This document shows, piece by piece, positions 27,089 through 33,563 of a stretch of DNA of 64,000 bases. The notes below the pieces were generated by a model. It ran no database searches. It saw only the letters and a list, made by a program, of their open reading frames with translations, and was not told the origin of the DNA. The stretch is from Candidatus Acetothermia bacterium (GTDB taxonomy: Bacteria; Bipolaricaulota; Bipolaricaulia; RBG-16-55-9; DRXL01), in assembly GCA_016179105.1 (NCBI GenBank), contig JACOSB010000120.1, positions 489 to 64,488 of the forward strand, given 5' to 3'. The translations under genes were made by a program, and so were the position numbers. The number at the start of each line of letters is the position of its first letter. The stretch's first letter is position 1.

Positions 27089-29227
27089 ATGAACGTCAAG
27101 AATTCACTGAAGCTCTTGGTCGTCCTGTCGCTGTTAGCTTTCTCAACAGCGGTGGCAGCTCAACCGGTGTCGTCGTTCCACGTGTTTGTGGAAAAACAAG
27201 CTTCCAATTATTTCTTCTCAGTGCAGGGAGAGAACGTCGCGTCCACACGAGTGGAGGTTTTGGGTCTAAACGGTAGGCCGATCTTTGATAGCGGATGGAT
27301 ACTGGGGCAGACGGTGGCTTGGCCGCTGATGACTCTTAATGGGCAACCTGCCGCCAATGGAGTCTATCTCTATGCAATCAGCGTAAGAGATCAGCAGGGT
27401 AAGGAACAGCGCAAGCTGGGCAAACTGGCAATCGTGCAGGGGCTGAAGCTGTTGTTGAGCACGCCTGACGTGGACGATCTGGTTCAGGTCCAGCCGATGG
27501 CTTCGGGGGCGCAATGGAAAGAGCGTCTGGCAAAGGATGGACAAGATAATTTTCGGATTCTGCGCAATGGTGCTGCGCTACTGACCCTGGACAGTAGCAG
27601 CCGACTGACGGTGGCTCAGCTTTGCTTGGCGGGAGATTGTCGCAACGTCTGGCCCGCAGGCGGAGGTCCCACTCTCGCCTGGTTGCTCAGCGGCAACGCG
27701 GGTACCACGGCAGGCACGAACTTTTTGGGAACTACGGACAATGTCGCTCTGGAACTGAAAGTGAACAGCCAGCGCGCGCTGCGCATTGAGCCTGGTTCGA
27801 CACCCAATCTCATCGAAGGCTTTAGCGGCAACTTTGCTGGCGCGGGCGTAGTCGGCGCCGCTATCGGCGGCGGCGGAGCCAACGGCACCAATAATCGAGT
27901 GCTCGACGATTTTAGTACGATCGGCGGGGGATTGAATAACCAGGCGGGTGATGGCAATGGATCCACAGCAGACCACGAGTTGGCGACCGTCGGCGGAGGA
28001 GCAGGCAACCAAGCCACCGGTAATAATTCTACCGTGGGTGGAGGTCTAGGGAACACTGCCAGCGGTGGTTTCTCCACGATTCCCGGGGGGATGTTCAACA
28101 CAGCCTTGGGTGATTTCAGCTTTGCCGCAGGCCGACGTGCCAAGGCTAACAATCAGGGCAGCTTCGTCTGGGCTGATAATTCAGTCGATGCTGACTTCGC
28201 TTCCACAGCAGACAATCAGTTCCTTATTCGCGCGAGTAAAGTCGGCATCGGCACGACGACGCCTGGGTATAAATTGGACGTCAACGGGGTCGGGCGCTTC
28301 CAGGGCTTAGAGGGCGGAGCGTCCAGCGGCGCAGGAGTAGAGATCCAGTATGGCAATGTGGGTGGAGCAACCCGCGGTATCGTCTTTGCGTTTGACCGGT
28401 CGGCAGGAGCTCCCCGAGATTTGCTCTTAAACCACCCCGGCGGCAATGTCGGCATTGGCACGACCAGCCCCAGTGCCGGGCTAACTGTCCGTGACGTAAA
28501 TCCCAGCGCCTTGAACTTTGTCTTTCGAATAGAAGACTCGACTGGGGCTCAACTATTCGCGGTCGACGACATCGGACGCGCAGGGACGAAAAGCGGCTTC
28601 ACCGTTGGTGCCTTCGCGCCAGCCACGACTACTCACGTTTGTCGCACCACCGCTCCGCCAAGCGGCCCGGGCATATTGGCCGAGTGTTCATCGGCAGCAG
28701 AGTATGTCCCCACTGTGGAAGATAGCAATGGATATCCCGAAACCGGAGATCTGGTGCGCGTTCTGCCCTCAGTCAAAAATCCCTTCGGAGATAAACACTC
28801 ACCTTTCGTCGTAACCAAGACCAGCAAGCCGTGCGATAGCGATCTATTGGGTTTCTTGCTCAAGCCCGAGCTGGGAGCAGATGGTCCGAAGTTGAACGAA
28901 CACTATCGGCCGCTCGCGATCTTCGGCTACTTTCCCGCCAAAGTGACTATGGAGAACGGGACTATTAAGCGAGGCGATCCGATCACGTCGAGCTCTAAGC
29001 CCGGCTACGGCATGAAAGCGACCCAAGCGTGCAAGATCATCGGTTATGCGCTCGAAGATGCAGATAGAGAAGGAACGATTCAGATCTTCGCGCACTTGAG
29101 CGAGAGTGCAGCGCCGGAAGTGACGGCGCTCCGAGCGCAAGTGCAAGAGCTGCACCAACAATTGCAACAAGTACTGAGCCAGTTGGATGCGATCAAAGCC
29201 AAGGTAGGGTCAACACCGATAAAGTAA
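27089..29227 (+). CDS. secreted fibre-family protein, type III N-terminal Ig-like domain, YadA-head/Hep_Hag-like Gly-rich repeats, family-A C-terminal domain and coiled coil
   Basis: RBS aaggaggg 6 nt before the ATG at 27089 (the ORF could also start at 27050). Signal peptide MNVKNSLKLLVVLSLLAFSTAVAA. Its C-terminus is near-identical at nucleotide level to those of genes 15222..17038 and 17933..19756. Confidence 0.75.
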   Translation: MNVKNSLKLLVVLSLLAFSTAVAAQPVSSFHVFVEKQASNYFFSVQGENVASTRVEVLGLNGRPIFDSGWILGQTVAWPLMTLNGQPAANGVYLYAISVRDQQGKEQRKLGKLAIVQGLKLLLSTPDVDDLVQVQPMASGAQWKERLAKDGQDNFRILRNGAALLTLDSSSRLTVAQLCLAGDCRNVWPAGGGPTLAWLLSGNAGTTAGTNFLGTTDNVALELKVNSQRALRIEPGSTPNLIEGFSGNFAGAGVVGAAIGGGGANGTNNRVLDDFSTIGGGLNNQAGDGNGSTADHELATVGGGAGNQATGNNSTVGGGLGNTASGGFSTIPGGMFNTALGDFSFAAGRRAKANNQGSFVWADNSVDADFASTADNQFLIRASKVGIGTTTPGYKLDVNGVGRFQGLEGGASSGAGVEIQYGNVGGATRGIVFAFDRSAGAPRDLLLNHPGGNVGIGTTSPSAGLTVRDVNPSALNFVFRIEDSTGAQLFAVDDIGRAGTKSGFTVGAFAPATTTHVCRTTAPPSGPGILAECSSAAEYVPTVEDSNGYPETGDLVRVLPSVKNPFGDKHSPFVVTKTSKPCDSDLLGFLLKPELGADGPKLNEHYRPLAIFGYFPAKVTMENGTIKRGDPITSSSKPGYGMKATQACKIIGYALEDADREGTIQIFAHLSESAAPEVTALRAQVQELHQQLQQVLSQLDAIKAKVGSTPIK

Positions 29228-29377
29228 ACTGGAATGAAAGCAAAAAACTCACTGGGCCGGGCAAGCTCTGCTCGGCTCCTGTGATTTTCTGGTAGCTGGG
29301 TGCTGGAGCAGCTAACCTGAAGTCGAGCGATCGAGTTGGAACCAAGCGATTGGGGAAATCCCAAAGGAGGGGTCAAG

Positions 29378-31540
29378 ATGAAAGTCAAGAATTCACTCAA
29401 GTTGTGGGTCGTCCTGTCGCTGTTAGCCGTTTCGACAGCAGTGGCCGCAGGACAAGCGTCGTCGTTCCAAGTGCTCGTGGAGGAGCAAGCTTCCAGTTAC
29501 CTCTTCTCGGTACAAGGAGAGAATGTCACCTCCACGCGATTGGAGATTTTGGGCTTAAACGGTAGGCCGATCTTCGACAGCGGATGGATACTGGGGCAGA
29601 CGGTGGCATGGCCGCTGGTGACTCCGACTGGACGACCCGCCGCCAATGGAGTTTATCTCTATGCGATCGGCGTGCGAGATCAGAAGGGCAAAGAAGAGCG
29701 CAAACTGAGCAAACTGGCAATTTTTCATGAGCTACAAGCCTCACTGAGCGTTCCGAGCATAGGCGAAATATCTCAAATTGGGCCATCGGCTCTCCCGGCT
29801 GGAGTGAAGTGGCAAGAGAAGTTGGGCAAAGATAGCGTAGACAATTTTCGGATTCAGCGCCGCCCAGGCAACGGGCAGCCTTTCCAAGACTTGCTGATCC
29901 TAGACAATGCCAGTCGACTGACAGTAGCTCAGATCTGTCTGGCCGGCGACTGCCGCAACGTCTGGCCGGGAGGTGGAGGACCCACTCTGGCCTGGTTGCT
30001 CACCGGCAATGCGGGTACTACAGCGGGCACCAACTTCTTGGGCACAACCGATAACCAGCCGCTTGAGATGCGCGTGAACAACCAGCGGGCGCTGCGCATT
30101 GAGCCGAATGCGACGAGCCCCAACTGGATCGGGGGCTTCAGCGGTAACTCTGTCCGCGCGGGCGTGGCCGGTGCCACAATCGGCGGTGGCGGAAGCGGAG
30201 ATGTTGGAAGAATAAATAAAGTTTTAGAGGAATTTGGCACGGTGAGCGGAGGCTTTGACAATACAGCTGGCGCTGCCTGGGCCACCGTGGGCGGGGGCGC
30301 TGGCAACACCGCCAGCGGCACTCAGGCCACGGTGGGCGGAGGCTTTAGCAACACAGCCAGCGCTCTCGCTCTCTCGGCCACAGTGGGCGGGGGAGGGTTC
30401 AACACAGTCAGCAACGGGTATGCCACCGTGGGCGGAGGCTTCACTAACACCGCCGGCGGCCAGTTTGCCACGGTGGGCGGGGGCAAGAACAATACAGCCC
30501 CCGAGACCAGTTCCACAGTAGGTGGTGGGTTCGGCAACGGGGCAACCGGCCTAGACTCTATAGTGGGCGGAGGCAACCAAAACACGGCGGGCGCTTCTTG
30601 GGCCACCGTGGGCGGGGGCAAGATCAACACGGCTCTTGGCATCAGTTCCACTGTAGGCGGCGGCTTCTCCAATGCGGCCAGCGGCCTTGATTCCACAGTG
30701 CCCGGAGGCCACCAAAACTTCGCCCAGGGGAATTACAGTTTTGCTGCAGGGTTTAGAGCCAAAGCTAACGATCAAGGTGCTTTCGTCTGGGCCGATTCCA
30801 CCGACGCGGATTTCACCTCTACCGCGGCCAATCAGTTCAGTGTACGCGCGAACGGTGGTGCCCGCTTCATCACTCAGCTTTCTACTCCTACCTTTACTTT
30901 AGCGGCTCTCCAGGTGGAGACCGGCGCCACTGGCGGTGAAGCCGCCTGGTTGCGCATAACGAGTTCGGCCAATCCCCAACCGGTCATCAAGCTGCTCAAG
31001 CATCCGAGCGGTACCAATAACTTCCTAGAATGCAGTAATTTCGACAGCACCACCGAGACCACCAAGTGTCATATCAATAAAGATGGTGCCTTCGTGGCGG
31101 GCTCCGACTTTGCCGAATCGCTCCCAGCCAAAGACGGTAAAGCGAACTATGAGCCAGGAGATGTGCTCGTCCTCAGTGTAGATCGACCGGGAGCAGTCCA
31201 GAAGTCAAACCAGCCTTACGATCCAAGAGTGGCGGGCGTCTATTCGACACGGCCTGCGGTGCTGGGTGCCGAAAAGGGCGGAGGAGAGACGCGAGTGGAC
31301 CCTAACGAAATCCCGGTGGCCATCGTGGGGATCGTGCCCGTGAAGGTGACGGCCGAGAATGGAGAGATTCAGCCCGGCGACTTGCTGACAACGTCTAGCG
31401 TGCCCGGCTATGCCATGAAAGCGAAAGCGGTCGTAGTCAATGGGATTGCGATCTATCCCACGGGAACGATCCTGGGGAAGGCTGTGGAGCCGCTGAAAAG
31501 CGGGGCGGGTGTCATCAAAGTGTTGGTGATGCTGCGCTAG
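29378..31540 (+). CDS. secreted fibre-family protein, type III N-terminal Ig-like domain, >12 tandem ATVGGGFxNTAxG (Hep_Hag-like) repeats, family-B C-terminal domain
   Basis: RBS aaaggagggg. The signal peptide and N-terminal 220 aa are about 80% identical to gene 27089..29227. The C-terminal domain is paralogous to that of gene 19753..21894. Confidence 0.75.
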   Translation: MKVKNSLKLWVVLSLLAVSTAVAAGQASSFQVLVEEQASSYLFSVQGENVTSTRLEILGLNGRPIFDSGWILGQTVAWPLVTPTGRPAANGVYLYAIGVRDQKGKEERKLSKLAIFHELQASLSVPSIGEISQIGPSALPAGVKWQEKLGKDSVDNFRIQRRPGNGQPFQDLLILDNASRLTVAQICLAGDCRNVWPGGGGPTLAWLLTGNAGTTAGTNFLGTTDNQPLEMRVNNQRALRIEPNATSPNWIGGFSGNSVRAGVAGATIGGGGSGDVGRINKVLEEFGTVSGGFDNTAGAAWATVGGGAGNTASGTQATVGGGFSNTASALALSATVGGGGFNTVSNGYATVGGGFTNTAGGQFATVGGGKNNTAPETSSTVGGGFGNGATGLDSIVGGGNQNTAGASWATVGGGKINTALGISSTVGGGFSNAASGLDSTVPGGHQNFAQGNYSFAAGFRAKANDQGAFVWADSTDADFTSTAANQFSVRANGGARFITQLSTPTFTLAALQVETGATGGEAAWLRITSSANPQPVIKLLKHPSGTNNFLECSNFDSTTETTKCHINKDGAFVAGSDFAESLPAKDGKANYEPGDVLVLSVDRPGAVQKSNQPYDPRVAGVYSTRPAVLGAEKGGGETRVDPNEIPVAIVGIVPVKVTAENGEIQPGDLLTTSSVPGYAMKAKAVVVNGIAIYPTGTILGKAVEPLKSGAGVIKVLVMLR

Positions 31541-31570
31541 GGTAGTTTCTTTGAGGTGAAAACGTTTTTT

Positions 31571-31595
31571 GTAGGAGCGAGGTCACCTCGCCCCT
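31571..31595. repeat. degenerate copy of the GTAGG(G/A)GCGAGG...CCTCGCCCCT palindromic element preceded by aaaacgtttttt, probable terminator of the fibre operon
   Basis: gtaggagcgaggtcacctcgcccct directly after the stop of gene 29378..31540. Confidence 0.5.
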
Positions 31596-31670
31596 GCAGG
31601 TCTCATGTCCCAATTGGGAGTGCGCAATTCCGGCACCCTCTTCTTCTAAGAGCAAGGCTATAATGACGCC

Positions 31671-32606
31671 ATGCTCTCGGAATGGATGGCCTTTGTTGTC
31701 TCTGGATTGATCGCAGTTTATCTCACGCGCGCGAGCATCGGTTTCTCGCCGACGATCGGTTTAGTCGATGTGCCCGACGCCCGCAAGCGCCATAACGGCC
31801 ATGTCGCGCTTGCGGGTTGGGCACTAGTAATTGCGTCGTTGATCGGAATTCTGTCGGCTATAAATTTCTCGCGCGAGTGGTCGGGGCTCTGGCTGGGAAG
31901 CTTGATCGCCGCCACGACCGGGCTTATGGATGATGGACGCGGCTTGAGCCCTAAACTCAAAGCGCTCGGCCAACTGCTCGCAGCTTTAGTTGCTGTCCTG
32001 TTATCGCCGTGGAGCATCGACTCGATCCGGATTTTCGGGTTTGAGATCTCGCTGGGATGGCTTGCAGTTCCCTTCGCGATCTTCTGGATCATGGGAGCAA
32101 TCAACGCGCTCAACCTCATCGATGGGCTCGATGGATTAGCCGCCGGTGCGACCGCGATCATCTCAGCTGTTTGTGCTTTGATGGCATGGCAGTCGGGCAA
32201 TCTTGCGATGATGGCGCTCGCTCTCGCGATCTGTGGGACGACGCTCGGCTTTCTCGTGTACAATTTCTGCCCGGCTAAGGTTTTTATGGGTGACACCGGC
32301 AGTCACTTTCTCGGGTACTGGCTCGCAATTCTCACGGTGCAAGCGACACAATCTTCACTAAGTTCACCGACCCACGTTCCGTTACTGATCTCAGTTTTGC
32401 TCTTGGGATTGCCTGTTGCTGATACGGGTTGGGCCATTCTCAGACGCTTACGCGCGTATCAATCTATCACAGCTGCAGATTGCGGGCACATCCACCATCG
32501 TCTGTTGGCAAGGGGCTGGGGATGTATGAAGACAGTTTTGGTACTTTACGCTGTGATTGGTTTCTTATCTTTCTTAGCACTATTGCTCTTCTGGTTCAAC
32601 GTCTGA
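31671..32606 (+). CDS. polyprenol-phosphate sugar-1-phosphate transferase, GT4 MraY/WecA/TagO family
   Basis: Multi-TM protein. MDDGRGL (DDxxD-like) and NALNLIDGLDGLAAG (NxxNxxDGxDGL) signature motifs. Confidence 0.75.
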   Translation: MLSEWMAFVVSGLIAVYLTRASIGFSPTIGLVDVPDARKRHNGHVALAGWALVIASLIGILSAINFSREWSGLWLGSLIAATTGLMDDGRGLSPKLKALGQLLAALVAVLLSPWSIDSIRIFGFEISLGWLAVPFAIFWIMGAINALNLIDGLDGLAAGATAIISAVCALMAWQSGNLAMMALALAICGTTLGFLVYNFCPAKVFMGDTGSHFLGYWLAILTVQATQSSLSSPTHVPLLISVLLLGLPVADTGWAILRRLRAYQSITAADCGHIHHRLLARGWGCMKTVLVLYAVIGFLSFLALLLFWFNV

Positions 32607-32675
32607 GGAAATGGGAAATTTTGGTGAAAGCTCTCGCTCAAGATTAGCTGAAGAATGAAGGTGAAGCGGAGCTTC

Positions 32676-32751
32676 TGGTGGAGACGACCGGAGTCGAACC
32701 GGCGACCTCTGCGTTGCGAACGCAGCGCTCTCCCAACTGAGCTACGTCCCC
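32676..32751 (-). tRNA. tRNA-Ala (anticodon CGC)
   Basis: Reverse complement GGGGACGTAGCTCAGTTGGGAGAGCGCTGCGTTCGCAACGCAGAGGTCGCCGGTTCGACTCCGGTCGTCTCCACCA. G3:U70 Ala identity pair. Anticodon loop tTCGCaa. T-loop GGTTCGA. Encoded CCA. Confidence 0.9.
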
Positions 32752-32797
32752 AAGAATGAGTTTATTATAGCATCACAATCCGATGACGACAAGGATT

Positions 32798-32824
32798 GTA
32801 GGGGCGAGGTCACCTCGCCCCTAC
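32798..32824. repeat. GTAGGGGCGAGG-tca-CCTCGCCCCTAC palindromic element
   Basis: Perfect copy between the tRNA-Ala and the 3' end of the pspA-like gene. Confidence 0.6.
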
Positions 32825-32861
32825 GCGCGCGCCCTTACGGGGTGCGAGCTCCACGCCATAG

Positions 32862-33539
32862 CTAGAGTCGCTTGAGCAATTCTTCCGCTTCAGCCTTGGT
32901 CTTCTTGTCTTCCAACGATTCGATCTGGCCCTCGATCGATTCCTTGTACATGCGCTCCTTGGCCGCCGCTTGGTCTTCCATCTGGTTGATCTGTGTCTCC
33001 AGCTGCGCGACCTGGCCACCAATATCTGCTTTGCCCAGACGCTGAGACGTAGACTGCAACTGCTCGCTGAGCTTGGCAGCCTTTAAGCGCAATAAGAAAG
33101 ATTCTCGATTGATGAGAAGCTGTTGCAGCTGACCCTTCGCGGCGTCGACCAAGCGCTTAGCCGAGGTGGATTTTTCGGTCGCGCTTGTGATGTCCGCTCT
33201 CAACTTGTCCAGTGCTCTTTGGGTGTTGACGATTTGCTGCGCAAACTGAAGAGCCGCTGAGTCGTTGCCCGCTGCTTTGAACGCTTTGGCCCGCTCCGTG
33301 TAAACTTCGACCTCGTTCTCATACTCGCGTGTTTGACGCTTGAGTGCCTCTTCACTTTGGTAGATGTCGAGTAAGTCTTTCTCAGCCTCGGCGATCGCGG
33401 CTTTCGTGTTCTCGACCACGTAATTGTAGGCCGCTACGGGGTCAGCATTCTTGACTTTCTTCAACACTTCCAGCGTGTTCATCTGAACGATGTCGCTCAG
33501 GTCCTGCCAGACTTTTGCCGTGAAATCCAAAAAACGCAT
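32862..33539 (-). CDS. PspA/IM30 (Vipp1) family coiled-coil protein
   Basis: 225 aa, almost entirely heptad-repeat helix. Composition and length fit the PspA/IM30 family. Followed upstream by a TPM-domain protein, a known pairing. Confidence 0.55.
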   Translation of the reverse strand: MRFLDFTAKVWQDLSDIVQMNTLEVLKKVKNADPVAAYNYVVENTKAAIAEAEKDLLDIYQSEEALKRQTREYENEVEVYTERAKAFKAAGNDSAALQFAQQIVNTQRALDKLRADITSATEKSTSAKRLVDAAKGQLQQLLINRESFLLRLKAAKLSEQLQSTSQRLGKADIGGQVAQLETQINQMEDQAAAKERMYKESIEGQIESLEDKKTKAEAEELLKRL

Positions 33540-33563
33540 CTTGCCCTCCTTAGGCGTCTAAAA

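Noticed and set aside
27616-30696. Pro-rich antisense ORFs (27616..28152, 29929..30321, 30322..30696) and other long antisense ORFs opposite the fibre genes
   Set aside because: They are reverse-complement artefacts of the Gly/Ala-rich repeat coding regions (GGN codons read as Pro on the other strand). They have no RBS and no independent conservation.
12776-31540. Fibre-gene cluster as a prophage tail-fibre module or tailocin
   Set aside because: All members carry Sec signal peptides and are tandem paralogs. No capsid, terminase, portal, tape-measure, baseplate, sheath or integrase genes are present in the surrounding 60 kb. Tail-fibre-like domains (S74, IGTTxP repeats) appear to be used in cellular secreted proteins.
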